Positions 40,379-51,566 are shown, counted from the stretch's first letter. The stretch is 64,000 bases of DNA from an uncultured Actinomycetes bacterium (GCA_963824995.1 CAWGRK010000008.1:62001-126000), one strand, 5' to 3'. Translations and numbers: made by a program. The notes: generated by a model not told the origin, from the letters alone.

Positions 40379-41147
40379 ATGCAACTGACAGGCGCCGTCG
40401 CCGTCGTCACCGGTGGCGGTGGCGGCATAGGTGCCGCTCTCGTCCGGCGCTTCGCTTCAGAGGGAGCCGCCGGGATCGTGGTCGGCGACATCGACATCGG
40501 CGCCGCCAAAGCCGTTGCCGAGGACATTGGAGCGGTGGTGGTGGCGGTGGAGGCCGACGCCGAAATCGAGGATGACACGGTACGTCTCCTCGAGACCGCC
40601 GAAGAGCGGTTCGGGCCGGTCGATCTCTTCTGCGCCAACGCCGGAATATTCATTCCCGGTGGTCCCGAAGTGGCCGACGAGGCTTGGGACCGAATCTGGC
40701 GGGTCAACGTCTTGTCCCATGTCCATGCCGCCCGCCACTACGTGCCGCGGCGTGGTGGCACGCGGTGCCGGCTATCTGCTCCACACCGCCTCCGCGGCGG
40801 GTCTCCTGTCCAACCTCGGCGCTGCCCCTTACGCCGTCACCAAGCATGCGGTAGTTGCTCTGGCGGAGTGGTTGTCGATGACATTCGGCGACCGGGGATT
40901 GAAGGTCTCCTGCCTGTGCCCGATGGGGGTGCGAACCGCCATGCTCGACTTCGACACCAGCAACTATGTCCGACCCAACGCAATCGATCCGGCCGACCTG
41001 GCCGAGGCCGTAGCCGAGGGATTGGCCGACGAGCGCTTCCTCATCCTCCCCCACCCCGAGGTCGCCGGTTATGCCGTTCACCGCGCCAGCGACCCCGACG
41101 GGTGGTTGAAGGCGATGCGGCGCCTGCAAGCGGAGATCTTCGGCTGA
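40379..41147 (+). CDS. SDR family oxidoreductase (frameshift near 40748)
   Basis: [17 protein letters not shown] catalytic motif in a second frame. Confidence 0.85.
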
Positions 41148-41178
41148 CGCGCCATACCCCGTTTAGCGTGTACGCAAC

Positions 41179-41646
41179 GTGACAGGCGACCAGGACCTCC
41201 CCGAGGACGAGCTCCCCCCACCGGTGGACTTCGGCTTGCCGCCGACGGTGCCAGCCCAACCGCTACCGGAGCGCCCTGTCGTCCTCCGCCGCTGTCAGAC
41301 CGGGCGGGTGATCGGTGGAGTGGCGTGCGGAATCGGCCGGTGGCTGGGAATCGACGCCCTCTGGATCCGGATCATCTTTCTCGTGCTCCTGTTCGGGGGC
41401 GGTTCGGGGCTGCTGCTCTACATCATCGGGTGGATCGCCATCCCCGAAGAGACGGCAGGTGAGCCGGTCGGCGAGTCACCGCACGCCTCGTCCTATCGGA
41501 CGCAGGTTTTCATCGGCGGCGCCTTGGTTGCTCTGGGCAGCTGGCTGCTCCTCACCCGTCTGTTCCCGCAGATCTCGGGGTACATCGGACCGATCGTGGT
41601 GATCGTGTTCGGTCTGATGCTCCTGCTCGGCGGGCGCAGCCGGTGA
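41179..41646 (+). CDS. PspC domain-containing membrane protein
   Basis: LRR..RVIGGVACGIG..IRI.F..YIIGWIAIPE. Confidence 0.85.
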   Translation: MTGDQDLPEDELPPPVDFGLPPTVPAQPLPERPVVLRRCQTGRVIGGVACGIGRWLGIDALWIRIIFLVLLFGGGSGLLLYIIGWIAIPEETAGEPVGESPHASSYRTQVFIGGALVALGSWLLLTRLFPQISGYIGPIVVIVFGLMLLLGGRSR

Positions 41647-42263
41647 ACTCGACCACAGCCGATCGTTCTCCGCTGCCGGTAGGTCGGTTCGTCCTCGGTC
41701 TTCTGGTCGTCGCCGCCGGAGCCGTCTGGTTGCTGGACACGCTCGATGTCATCGAGATCTCGTGGACAATCTTCTTCCCGGTCGCCCTCATCATCACGGG
41801 CATAGGGGTTCTCGTCGCCGGTCCGGGGCACACCGAGGGTGGTCTCATCGGTCTGGGCGTGGTGCTCTCGGTGCTGACCGTGGTGACCGCCATCGGGCCA
41901 CTCGACGTCTTCAGCGGTGGAATCGGTCAGCGCAGCTTCTCTCCGACCAGCGCCGCGGATCTGGAGGACGAGTACGTGCTGGGGATCGGGGAGATGGAAC
42001 TCGACCTGCGTGGGCTCGAAGTATCCGAGGGCACGTTGAACGTCAAGGCGAGCGTGGGGATGGGTCAGTTGCGCGTGCGGGTGCCGGGCGATGTCAACCT
42101 GATCGCTACCGGTTCGGCGACGCTCGGTCAAGTTCAGTTGCTCGGAGAGGACCAGGGTGGCTTCGGACCACGACTCGAGACCAGTATCGATGTGCCCGGG
42201 TCGCCGGTGACCATCGAGTTGGAGGCATCTGTGGGTTTGGGCGAGGTGGAGGTGAGCTCGTGA
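41643..42263 (+). CDS. LiaF-like (DUF2154) envelope-stress protein
   Basis: N-terminal TMs plus GIGEMELDLR, VGMGQLRVRVP, VGLGEVEV beta repeats. Confidence 0.75.
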   Translation: MNSTTADRSPLPVGRFVLGLLVVAAGAVWLLDTLDVIEISWTIFFPVALIITGIGVLVAGPGHTEGGLIGLGVVLSVLTVVTAIGPLDVFSGGIGQRSFSPTSAADLEDEYVLGIGEMELDLRGLEVSEGTLNVKASVGMGQLRVRVPGDVNLIATGSATLGQVQLLGEDQGGFGPRLETSIDVPGSPVTIELEASVGLGEVEVSS

Positions 42264-42265
42264 AC

Positions 42266-42448
42266 ATGGGATCTCTGATAGCTGGACTGGTCTTCATCAT
42301 CCTCGGGGTCCTGTTCCTGCTCGACAATCTCGGTGTGTTCGAGGTCAGCTTCGCCGTGGTTTGGCCGATCGTTCTCATCGGGATCGGGTTGGCGCTGCTG
42401 CTTGGTGGTCTCGGCCGCCGCCGTCAAGAGACGCCACCAGTGGAGTGA
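42266..42448 (+). CDS. Small LiaI/LiaF-TM (DUF5668-like) membrane protein
   Basis: GLVFIILGVLFLLDNL..WPIVLIGIG. Confidence 0.75.
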   Translation: MGSLIAGLVFIILGVLFLLDNLGVFEVSFAVVWPIVLIGIGLALLLGGLGRRRQETPPVE

Positions 42449-42473
42449 TCGTCGGATCGGGCTACCCTGACAC

Positions 42474-42565
42474 CCGACGCGGGAGCTCGGTGGACCGGGC
42501 TGAGAGGGAGGCTGGAGCCTCCGACCGTTGGAACCTGGACCGGGTAATTCCGGCGTAGGAAGCCT
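42474..42565 (+). ncRNA. TPP riboswitch
   Basis: GGGAGC..GCTGAGA, GACCG..GAACCTG, GGGTAATTCCGGCGTAGGAAG consensus upstream of a thiamine ABC operon. Confidence 0.92.
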
Positions 42566-42609
42566 CTCGGTGCACCCAGCAGCCCGCTCGTCGAGTCTGG
42601 AGCGAGGCG

Positions 42610-43680
42610 ATGCGAACGGTGCGCACGACGACGATCTGCCTGGTCCTGGTGTTGGCGGCATGCGGCGATGCCGCATCGCCATCAACCAGCGCGCCGGTGA
42701 CCAGCGCACCGGAGAAGCTCGTGGTGGTCTCGCACGAGTCGTTCGCCGCCGGTGTCACCGAAGAGACCTTCGCCCGGTTCACCGAAGAGACGGGCATCGC
42801 GGTAGAGGTGCTCGCCGGCGGTGACGCCGGGGCCACGATCAACCAGGCGATCCTCACCAAGGACGCGCCGCTTGGCGACGTGCTCTTCGGGGTGGACACC
42901 ACCTTCCTCTCCCGGGCGCTCTCCGAGGAGCTCTTCGCCGTCCACCACTCGGACCTACTCGGTGATGTCCCCGACGATCTCGAGATCGATCCCACCCACA
43001 TGGTGACGCCGATCGACTTCGGCGACGTCTGTATCAACTACGACAAGGAGGGGCTGGCGCGGGCTGGGCTGGCGCCGCCTGCATCGCTTGCCGAGCTCAC
43101 TCGTCCCGAGTACAGGGACACCCTCGTCGTAGAGCACCCGGCCACGTCGAGCCCTGGGCTCGCCTTCCTGCTCGCCACCATCGCCGAGTTCGGTGACGAA
43201 GGGTGGACGGACTTCTGGGCCGCACTGCGCGACAACGGAGTGGAGGTCACCGCGGGGTGGGACGAGGCGTACTACTCGTCGTTCTCCGGTGGGTCCGGAG
43301 AGGGAGATCGCCCTCTGGTGGTCTCCTACGCATCGTCGCCGCCAGCGGAGGTGATCTTCTCCGAGACCCCGATCGAAGAGGCGCCGACCGGAGTGATCAC
43401 CGACGGGTGCTATCGCCAGGTCGAGTTCGCCGGTGTCCTCGCCGGTACCGGGAACGAAGCGTCCGCCGGAGACCTGGTCGACTTCATGCTCACCCCCCCA
43501 TTCCAGGAACAGATCCCCCTCGCCTGGTTCGTCTTCCCGGCGAACGAGACCGTGGACCTGCCCCCGGAGTTCACCGACCACACCGTCATACCCGACTCGC
43601 CGGCAGCTATCGAGCCCGGGTCCATCGAATCGAACCGGGAGGACTGGATCACGGAATGGGAGGAGTTGATGGAGGGGTGA
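42610..43680 (+). CDS. thiB: Thiamine ABC transporter substrate-binding lipoprotein
   Basis: HESF, GDAG, FGVD, PATSSPGLAF, GWDEAY, VSYASSP, QVEFAG. Confidence 0.9.
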   Translation: MRTVRTTTICLVLVLAACGDAASPSTSAPVTSAPEKLVVVSHESFAAGVTEETFARFTEETGIAVEVLAGGDAGATINQAILTKDAPLGDVLFGVDTTFLSRALSEELFAVHHSDLLGDVPDDLEIDPTHMVTPIDFGDVCINYDKEGLARAGLAPPASLAELTRPEYRDTLVVEHPATSSPGLAFLLATIAEFGDEGWTDFWAALRDNGVEVTAGWDEAYYSSFSGGSGEGDRPLVVSYASSPPAEVIFSETPIEEAPTGVITDGCYRQVEFAGVLAGTGNEASAGDLVDFMLTPPFQEQIPLAWFVFPANETVDLPPEFTDHTVIPDSPAAIEPGSIESNREDWITEWEELMEG

Positions 43681-45298
43681 CTTCTCTGCGCTCGCCGCGG
43701 CCACGGCGGCTGACCTGGCTGGCGGCGGTGGTCCCGGTGGCCTTTCTCGGTTACCTGTTCGTCTATCCGCTGACCCGGATCCTCGTCACCGGTCTCAGTG
43801 GAGAAGGGGGCGCCGGTTCGGCGTTCGCCGAATTGGCGAGCCGCCAGTCGCTCATCGGAGTCGCCTGGTTCACCTTCTGGCAGGCGGGGGTCTCCACCGT
43901 GCTCACCCTCGTCTTGGCACTCCCCATCACCTGGGTGCTATCCCGATTCGCCTTTCGCGGGCGAGGACTGGTGCGCGCCGCGCTGCTCGTCCCGTTCGTG
44001 CTGCCCACCGTGGTCATGGGGGCCGCCTTCCTCGCCCTCGCCGGGCCGTCAGGGTTCCTCGGCGTAGACCTCACCGGGACGATCTGGATCATCCTCTGGG
44101 CCCATGTGGTGTTCAACATCGCCGTGGTCGCCCGCACCGTTGGGGGTCTCTGGGAGCACCTCGACCCCCGCCTCGAAGATGCGGCCCGTCTCCTCGGAGC
44201 GAGCCGATGGCAGGCGTTCCGCACCATCACCCTCCCGCTGCTCCGACCCGCCCTGGGAGCTGCCGCCGCCATCGTCTTCCTGTTCTGCTTCACGTCGTTC
44301 GGCGTCGTCCTGATCCTCGGTGGTTCCGAGTTCGCCACCATCGAGGTGGAGATCTGGCAGCAGGTGGTCGGCTTCCTCGACCTCCCCCTGGCGGCGGCAC
44401 TGGCCATCGTCCAACTCGTCGGCGTGACCGTGGCGCTGCTCGCCTATAGCCGATACCAGCAGCGCCACGCCCGCCAACAGCCCCTGCGACCGGTCAGCGA
44501 GACGCTGCGCAAGCCGGTGACGCCCAAGGAGAGAGCGACTGTGGCCATAGTTGTGAGCCTCACCCTGTTGTTGGTCGGCGCGCCACCGCGGTGTTGATTG
44601 CCCGCTCGCTCCGTTCGGGTATCGATGGCTACGCCGGACTCGGGGAGCAACTGCCCGGGCTTCCCGCCGATCCGATCACTGCGGTGGGCAATTCGCTCGC
44701 CTTCGCCGCGGTCGCCGCCGGCATCGCCTTGCTGGTCGGGCTTCTGTCTGCTGCCGTGGTGGCATACGGACGCGGGGGGCCGTCACGATGGTTCGACACG
44801 GTGCTCATGCTCCCACTCGGCACCTCGGCGGTCACCATCGGCTTCGGCTTCCTCATCGCCCTCGATGAGCCGGTGGACCTGCGCACTGCATGGATCCTGG
44901 TGCCGCTCGCCCACGCCCTCGTGGCGATTCCCCTGGTAGTGCGGGTGGCGGTACCGGTGATGCGGTCGGTCGAGATGAGGCTGCGCGAGGCCGCTCGAGT
45001 GCTCGGGGCGTCACCGGTGAGGGCATGGCGCCACGTGGACCTGCCCATGGTCGCTCGAGCCGGGCTTGTCGGCGCCGCTTTCGCCTTCGTGGTGTCACTC
45101 GGAGAGTTCGGAGCGACGCAGTTCATCGTCCGGCCCGACACGCCGACAATTCCCACCACCATCTACCGGCTGCTGGCCCGGCCGGGAGAACTCACCTTCG
45201 CGAGGGCGATGGCTCTGAGTGTCGTGCTCATGGTGATGACCGTGGCGGTGGCGCTCTCGATCGAGCGCGCCCGTCCCGGCGGGCTCGGCAGTTTCTGA
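43677..45298 (+). CDS. thiP: Thiamine ABC transporter permease (frameshift near 44590)
   Basis: Two EAA-type loops (EDAARLLGA, EAARVLGA), FTFWQA, SLGEFGAT. Confidence 0.82.
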
Positions 45299-46317
45299 TG
45301 CTCGAGATCGACTCCGTCTCGGTTGTGGTGGACGGTCAACCCATCCTCGACGGGGTGAAGCTCGCCATAGCCGACGGCGAGACCGTGGCGGTGCTCGGAC
45401 CGAGCGGCGCCGGGAAGAGCACCCTGCTCAGGGTGGTGGCCGGGCTACGGGCCCCCGATCAGGGAGCATTGCGATGGGACGGGGCCGACCTGGCCGCGGT
45501 CGAGCCCCACCGGCGGAACTTCGGGCTCATGTTCCAGGACTACGCCTTGTTCCCCCATCTCGACGTGGCGGGAAACGTCGGCTTCGGTCTCCGGATGGCC
45601 GGTTACTCGGCTGAGGCCTCGGCGGTGCGTGTGACCGAGGTTCTGGAGTGGGTGGGCCTGCCCGGTCTCGAGGATCGGGCGGTCACGTCGCTGTCGGGGG
45701 GAGAGCAACAGCGGGTCGCTCTGGCGCGGTCGCTTGCGCCCTCTCCGCGGTTGTTGATGCTCGACGAGCCGCTCGGATCGCTCGACCGCAGCCTCGCCGA
45801 GCGCCTCGTTCTCGATCTCCGTCGTCTGCTCAGCGCGGTAACCGCCCTCTACGTCACCCACGACCAGGAGGAGGCCTTCACCGTCGCCGACCGCCTCGCC
45901 ATAATGCGGACGGGTCGTATCGTCCGGGCGGGTCGCCCCGAGGAGGTTTGGGAGCAACCCGGCGACGCCTGGGTGGCCCGCTTCCTCGGCTTCGCCAACC
46001 TCGCCGAGTCCCCGGTTACCGACGGTGTGGCCATCACGCCATGGGGCAAGGTCGCCGTGCCGAAGGGTGCTACCGGAAAGGTGATCTTGCTGCGCGCCGA
46101 CCGTCTCCTCATCCGCCCCGAGGGAGCGATCTCCGGCACCGTCAGCCAGCGACTCTTCCAGGGAAACCATGCGGTCCTCCTGGTAGAGGTAGATGGGGGG
46201 CCGCCATTGCAGGTGGAAGTCGCCGCCCTCGATTCTCCTCGGCCGGGCGACCCTGTTCGAGTAGCGGTGCCCGAGGACGCAGTCTCCCTGCTGCGAGCTG
46301 CCGATGGCCCGGTGTGA
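45298..46317 (+). CDS. thiQ: Thiamine ABC transporter ATP-binding protein
   Basis: GPSGAGKS, LSGGEQQR, MLDEP; operon context. Confidence 0.8.
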   Translation: MLEIDSVSVVVDGQPILDGVKLAIADGETVAVLGPSGAGKSTLLRVVAGLRAPDQGALRWDGADLAAVEPHRRNFGLMFQDYALFPHLDVAGNVGFGLRMAGYSAEASAVRVTEVLEWVGLPGLEDRAVTSLSGGEQQRVALARSLAPSPRLLMLDEPLGSLDRSLAERLVLDLRRLLSAVTALYVTHDQEEAFTVADRLAIMRTGRIVRAGRPEEVWEQPGDAWVARFLGFANLAESPVTDGVAITPWGKVAVPKGATGKVILLRADRLLIRPEGAISGTVSQRLFQGNHAVLLVEVDGGPPLQVEVAALDSPRPGDPVRVAVPEDAVSLLRAADGPV

Positions 46318-46391
46318 ACGGGGGACGCGGTTGAGAGCCGGCAGGCCAGTTGGCGGGACGTAATCTTCCCGCACCGAATAGAGGAGCAAGC

Positions 46392-46898
46392 ATGGTCGTT
46401 CCTTACACCCCACCCCCCATCGAGTCTGCCGAAGGGCTGGTGACGAGGCTCGCCGGTCGGGTGCAGGGAGCGACCGGTTGGATGAGATTTGTCGGGGTGG
46501 TCTGCGTGATCGGTGGAGCTCTCAGCGTGCTCGGCCTCATCCTGGCTCTACTGGCCGGTGCGGTCATCCAGGAGTTCGAGGGCCAGTTAGGTCAGGACAT
46601 TCCATCCGATTTCAGAGGGTTCCTCATCGGCTACATCGTGGTGGCCCTGGTCTTTGCCGCCCTCTACATCTGGATCGGTGTGATTCTCTGGCAGGCCGCC
46701 GACGGAATCCGCGACGCCCACCGACACGGGGCAGTCGCCGAGTTGGAGCTTGGCCTCGGCAAGGTTCGGGTCTTCTTCGTGATATTGGGCATCGCCACCC
46801 TCTGTGCCTTGGTGCTGGGAGTCGTCTTCTTCATCCTCTCGCTCAGCGTGGCATCTACGTTCACTCCCAGCATCGGGGCCACCGCCGTTCTGGCGTGA
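46392..46898 (+). CDS. DUF5362-like membrane protein
   Basis: GWMRFVG plus three TM helices; RBS GAGGAG. Confidence 0.65.
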   Translation: MVVPYTPPPIESAEGLVTRLAGRVQGATGWMRFVGVVCVIGGALSVLGLILALLAGAVIQEFEGQLGQDIPSDFRGFLIGYIVVALVFAALYIWIGVILWQAADGIRDAHRHGAVAELELGLGKVRVFFVILGIATLCALVLGVVFFILSLSVASTFTPSIGATAVLA

Positions 46899-46940
46899 CT
46901 GAGTTGTCGATCCGACTGCGGTGTCACGAAAGTACGGTCC

Positions 46941-47330
46941 TCAGGCTTGCAGGGTCTCGGCAAATCCTTCGGGGGCGCGTCGGGGACGTCCGTTTCGGTC
47001 GGTGAAGGCAGCGGTGATATCGAGAGTCGCGATGACGTCGCTGTCGCGGTTCATCACCTGTCGCCAAGTGCTGGTGGTGCGACCTACCGAAAGGACCTCG
47101 GTCGTGATCTTCACCAGGTCGTGCAACCTGGCGGGGCGGTGGAATCGAGCCGTGACCTCCACCAGGACTATATGGATGCCTTCCTCCTTGAGGCGATCCA
47201 GCCCGTAGCCCAGCGCCTCCAGTGCCTCGACCCGCGCCGATTCGAAGAAAGTCAAGGCGTGGGCGTGGTTGAGATGGTCGTATGGGTCTAGGTCGCCGAA
47301 TCTGACCCGAAGCTCGGTGTCGTGGATCAC
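46941..47330 (-). CDS. Hot-dog acyl-CoA thioesterase (4HBT/YbgC family)
   Basis: VRFGDLDPYDHLNH..FFESAR. Confidence 0.85.
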   Translation of the reverse strand: MIHDTELRVRFGDLDPYDHLNHAHALTFFESARVEALEALGYGLDRLKEEGIHIVLVEVTARFHRPARLHDLVKITTEVLSVGRTTSTWRQVMNRDSDVIATLDITAAFTDRNGRPRRAPEGFAETLQA

Positions 47331-47695
47331 TCGCCGCCGACGTCGAACACGTTGCCTTCGGGGTCGGCGAACGTATTCCAGGTGAAATCACCGATCTGGT
47401 GGGTCTCGACAAAGCTTCCACCAAGTTGCTCGATGCGGTCCCTGGCGGCGGACAGGTCGGCGAACGAGAAGTCGAGATGGAGACGGTTCTTCCCCGGTGT
47501 CGGGTTGGGCACCTTCTGAAAGGCGAGCGAGATCGAGCCGTCGCTGGCCGGGGCCAGCCAGATGAAGCCCGGAAAGCTCTGCGAGATCTCCGTCCCGAGC
47601 ACCGCCCCGTAGAAGCCGGCAAGACTTTCCGGGTCGGAGCAGTCGATCACCACCGACCCGAGGTGCAGCACGACATCGCCCATCTCTTCCTCCAA
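47327..47695 (-). CDS. VOC family protein (Glyoxalase_6-like)
   Basis: VIDCSDP..FY, KNRLHLD, ADPEGNVF; start uncertain. Confidence 0.85.
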   Translation of the reverse strand: MEEEMGDVVLHLGSVVIDCSDPESLAGFYGAVLGTEISQSFPGFIWLAPASDGSISLAFQKVPNPTPGKNRLHLDFSFADLSAARDRIEQLGGSFVETHQIGDFTWNTFADPEGNVFDVGGE

Positions 47696-47751
47696 TTGAC
47701 GAGCGACCGATGCTATCGGCCAGCCCTTCGGCCAGGTCTAACGTCGGGTCG

Positions 47752-48774
47752 ATGCTCGCCTGGCAACTCCACGAGACGGCCGGACCGGAGAGCTACCGGT
47801 TGGAAGAGGTTCCCGACCCCGAACCGGGACCCGGCCAGGTACTGATCCGGCTCCGGACGGCCGCCCTCAACCACCTCGATATATGGGTGTCCCGTGGCCT
47901 GCCAGCCCCACACAGCTTTCCGCACGTCGCCGGTGGCGATGGCGCCGGCATCATCGAAGCCGTCGGGCCGGGCGTGGAATCCGTGGCCGTCGGCGATGAG
48001 GTGGTGATCGACCCATCGCTCTCCTGCGGCGAGTGCCCGTCGTGCCTCTCCGGAAACTCCACGGCATGCCGCCGCTTCGGCATATTGGGTGAGCACGCTT
48101 GGGGGACCCTCGCCGAGTTGGTTGTGGTCCCGGCGGCCAACGTGCTGCCCAAACCGGCGCAGCTCACCTGGGAGGAAGCGGGTTCATACGGTCTGGTGAC
48201 CGGCACGGCGCACCGCATGCTGCGACGCACCCGGCTCTCACAAGGGGACCTCCTCCTCGTGGTGGGGATCGGGGGAGGTGTGGCCGCGGCGACCTTCTCG
48301 CTTGGACTTGCCCTCGGTGCCGAGGTCCACGTCACCTCGACCGATCCGGACAAGCGGGAATGGGCAATGACCAACGGCGCGGCCGCTGCCTACGACTCGA
48401 GCGGGGCATTTTCCGAGGAACTGGCCGAGACCGCGGGTCGCAAAGCCGACGTTGTCGCCGACAACGTGGGGGCTGCGACATGGAGCCAGTCGATGCGTTC
48501 GCTTGCTCCCGGAGGAAGGTTGGCTGTGTGCGGCGCCACCAGTGGTGGCAAGGTCGAATTGCCGCTCACCGTCCTCTTCTACAAGCAACTCGAGATCATC
48601 GGGTCGACCATGTTCGACCACAGCGAGTTCGCCGAGGTCACGGAGATGGTGGGTTCCGCTCGGGTCAAGGTCCCCGTAGACATCGTTTTCCCACTCGACC
48701 GTCTCCCCGAGGCCCTGGCCAGGCTCGATAGGGGCGACCAGATGGGGAAAGTGGTCCTCCGAGTTCCACGGTGA
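47752..48774 (+). CDS. Zinc-binding alcohol dehydrogenase family protein
   Basis: ALNHLD, CGECPSC..C structural Zn site, CGATSG, GSTM. Confidence 0.88.
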   Translation: MLAWQLHETAGPESYRLEEVPDPEPGPGQVLIRLRTAALNHLDIWVSRGLPAPHSFPHVAGGDGAGIIEAVGPGVESVAVGDEVVIDPSLSCGECPSCLSGNSTACRRFGILGEHAWGTLAELVVVPAANVLPKPAQLTWEEAGSYGLVTGTAHRMLRRTRLSQGDLLLVVGIGGGVAAATFSLGLALGAEVHVTSTDPDKREWAMTNGAAAAYDSSGAFSEELAETAGRKADVVADNVGAATWSQSMRSLAPGGRLAVCGATSGGKVELPLTVLFYKQLEIIGSTMFDHSEFAEVTEMVGSARVKVPVDIVFPLDRLPEALARLDRGDQMGKVVLRVPR

Positions 48775-48852
48775 AGCCGGGAACCGCCCGCCCTATACTC
48801 CCCGGGCCCGCGGAATCGCCGCGGGTGACCGAGGTGGACTGCCTCGGACCAC

Positions 48853-48930
48853 GGGGGCGTGGTGAAGCCTGGAGTTCACGCCGGCCTGTCAAGCCGGAGG
48901 TCGCGGGTTCAAATCCCGTCGTCCCCGCCA
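48853..48930 (+). tRNA. tRNA-Asp(GUC)
   Basis: Cloverleaf; CCGGC-CTGTCAA-GCCGG; T-arm GCGGG-TTCAAAT-CCCGT; CCA encoded. Confidence 0.96.
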
Positions 48931-48939
48931 CCGAGCACC

Positions 48940-49015
48940 GGCCAGGTAGCTCAGTTGGCAGAGCACAGGTCTGAAAAACCTGGGGTCGGCAGTTCGATTC
49001 TGCCCCTGGCCACCA
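48940..49015 (+). tRNA. tRNA-Phe(GAA)
   Basis: Cloverleaf; CAGGT-CTGAAAA-ACCTG; GGCCAGG/CCTGGCC acceptor; CCA encoded. Confidence 0.96.
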
Positions 49016-49104
49016 TTCATTTCCCCTGGTCACGCTCCTGCCCGCACCAACTCGTGTCGCTGGAGGCGATCGGTCGAGAGCAGTGCCCCGTAGACTGGGC
49101 CAGG

Positions 49105-49797
49105 ATGTCGGGCATGCCGGTTCGTGTCGTCCTCCAACGTGGTCCGAAGGGCAAGAAGTTCGTCGCGTTCGCCATCGACTGGCCGGGCTGGAGTCGCGGC
49201 GCGAAGACCGCCGATGCGGCCGTGGAGACGCTCGAGACGTACCGCGAGCGCTACCGACCGGTCGCGGCCGGCGCCGGTCTCGGCGACGAGTTCGAGGCGG
49301 CCGGACCCCTTGATGTCTTCGAGGACCAAGTCGGGACACCTTCGGTCGATTTCTGGGGCATCTCGTTCTCTCCTTCGGAAACGGAGCATGGGCCGATGAC
49401 CGAGGACGAGCTCGAGCGCAAGATCGCGCTGCTCCGGTCCTGCTGGGCGTACTTCGACGCGGTTGCGGGGCGAGTCTCGGCGGAGATGCGCAAGGGGCCG
49501 CGTGGTGGCGGACGGGACCGAGACCGGATAATCCGTCACACGATCCGCACCGAGAGCGAGGACTTCGCCAAGCAGGTCGGCCTCCGCATCCCCGAGGAGG
49601 GGGCGCTGGCGCCAGGCGCCCTACAGGAGTATCGCGAGGACTACATCCTGGCGATCCGAGCGTACGAACGCGGCGAGGTGGAGAAGCGCATGCGGTCGTG
49701 GACGCTCCCTTTCCTGATTCGACACTCGGCCTACCACACGATGGACCACGCCTGGGAGATGGAGGACAAAGACCTCTCGACCGAGGTCCAGACCTAG
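49105..49797 (+). CDS. Conserved hypothetical protein (HicB-like N-term, DinB-like C-term)
   Basis: AFAIDWPGWSR, RKGPRGGGRDR, RHSAYHTMDHAWEMED. Confidence 0.7.
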   Translation: MSGMPVRVVLQRGPKGKKFVAFAIDWPGWSRGAKTADAAVETLETYRERYRPVAAGAGLGDEFEAAGPLDVFEDQVGTPSVDFWGISFSPSETEHGPMTEDELERKIALLRSCWAYFDAVAGRVSAEMRKGPRGGGRDRDRIIRHTIRTESEDFAKQVGLRIPEEGALAPGALQEYREDYILAIRAYERGEVEKRMRSWTLPFLIRHSAYHTMDHAWEMEDKDLSTEVQT

Positions 49798-50164
49798 GCA
49801 GCGCTGTCGGGCGCGGTGAACGTGAGAACGGCCGGGTGTTGTCCCGGATCTCGCCTTTCCGACCCCCGGCGAAAAGGTGCCAGCCCGCTTCCCTTGATGG
49901 TGCGGCCGTCCGATGACACCAACTAGCCACTCACCGGGAGGGTCACCCGCCGTTGTCAGCCCATGAGGAGGGCGAAGCCGATCAGTCCGGTGGGCAGATA
50001 GACGATCGCCGGGAGCATGTCGCCGAGCACGATCATGCCGCCCATTGCCATGAAACCAGTATGAGAACGAACCCTTGAAGTTCGCTGCAACGGAACAACG
50101 GGCTCCAGACAGCGGTGTTCAAAGACCGTTGGGAGGGCGGCTCTGCCTCCAACGCGTCGGCTGG

Positions 50165-50652
50165 TCAGGTTTCGTTGTCGATGAGGCGAACCACCGGGAG
50201 GATCCGGTCGGTCCCCTCCTGGTACTTGCCGAACCGCGGCGACAGCTCCACGATGCGCTGCCAGGCCTCATCTCGCTCGGTCGCCCTCAAGCGACTCGGC
50301 CGCTGACCGGGCGCTCGACACCGTCGAGGTCAACCTTCGCCCGGTCAGGGTTCTTGGCCAGGTTGTAACACCAGGCGGGATGGCGTGCTGCCCCGTTGTT
50401 GGACCCGACCACCAGTCGGCTCTCGGGCCCGCGTTCGCCATCGGGGAACCAGCACACCAGCCCGGAGCGCTCCAGCCCGCTCTTGGCGCCGACTGTCGTC
50501 AACCGGAGAAGCGGGCGACCGGCTACGCGCATCCTCGACTCGAAGTGTCGGAAGGCGAAGTCGGATACCCCCATCATCGCCTTCAACACCGGGCGGGGGA
50601 TCTTCGGCATCTCCGTACCGCGAGTGCCGTTCGGGGTGAGATTCACCGCCAT
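50165..50652 (-). CDS. F420H2-dependent nitroreductase (DDN family; frameshifted near 50280-50305)
   Basis: LLRLTTVGAKSG, GSNNGAARHPAWCYNLAKNP; C-term F.KYQEGTDRILPVV in another frame. Confidence 0.8.
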
Positions 50653-50680
50653 ATCGACCTCCCGTCGCTTGATGATCTTG

Positions 50681-51439
50681 TCAGTTGCCCGGATCCGGTT
50701 CTTTGGCAAGGGCTTCGCTCGAGTCCGCTTCTGGCGGAGTGTCCCAGGCCCGTGGGCTCCACGCGCTGACGATCTTGGTGACCGCGGTCACCAGGAACAA
50801 TTGGCCGATCAATGCCTCCACCACGGCCAGACTCTGTCCCGGGTTGGTTGCAGGGACGAGGTTCCCGTAGCCGGTGGTGGTGAGCGTGATGAAGCTGAAG
50901 AACAAGGTGTCGCTCATCGTGCCGTCGCCGTTGGCGCCGAAGAAGGGGGTTGGTTGCACGACTCCGAGGACCCGGTAGGCGAAGGCGAACGCCATGCCGA
51001 TCAGTAGATAGGCGGCGAGCGCCCCGAGCAGTGTCTCTTGATCGACGTCTCTCCGATAGGCGATGTGACGAATGATCGAAAGCGGGGCGATGAAGTAGAG
51101 GAAGGTTCCGGCAACGAAGACGAGTGCCACGACCACGACCTGAGCCGGGACGACGGCGTTGATGACTACCGATGCCAGCGCGACGACAACGATCCCAGCA
51201 GCCAACAGGGTGAGCCGACGACTTGCGTGCGAAGTGCGTAGGGCGAACCAAACCGTCCCGCTCTGGATGGCAATCATGAAGGGCACCGCCCACGCTTCGT
51301 CGTCGAACACGATGGGGAAGGCGTAGGTGATCACGATCAACACCAGCACCAGCCCAAAGCTGTCGGTCGAACCGAGCGATCGCAACAGCCTCCGAAGGGC
51401 ACGGTCTGCCCGCTGTTCCGGTTCGGTTGCCTCGTCCAA
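50681..51439 (-). CDS. Potassium channel family protein
   Basis: FFSFITLTTTGYGN selectivity filter; several TMs. Confidence 0.85.
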   Translation of the reverse strand: MDEATEPEQRADRALRRLLRSLGSTDSFGLVLVLIVITYAFPIVFDDEAWAVPFMIAIQSGTVWFALRTSHASRRLTLLAAGIVVVALASVVINAVVPAQVVVVALVFVAGTFLYFIAPLSIIRHIAYRRDVDQETLLGALAAYLLIGMAFAFAYRVLGVVQPTPFFGANGDGTMSDTLFFSFITLTTTGYGNLVPATNPGQSLAVVEALIGQLFLVTAVTKIVSAWSPRAWDTPPEADSSEALAKEPDPGN

Positions 51440-51566
51440 GACCCGCTCCTCCCCGTCTGCCCCCTTTTCGGGCCTGCGACGCCTGGCCTCAGTCGGTCTA
51501 GGCGACCAGAACTAGATCATCGGTCCACGGAAGTCTGACAGAACGCAGGGCCCGGTTCGGTCCGGC

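Noticed and set aside
49956..50051. 31-aa hydrophobic minus-strand ORF
   Set aside because: No clear RBS; more likely a gene remnant and cannot be supported
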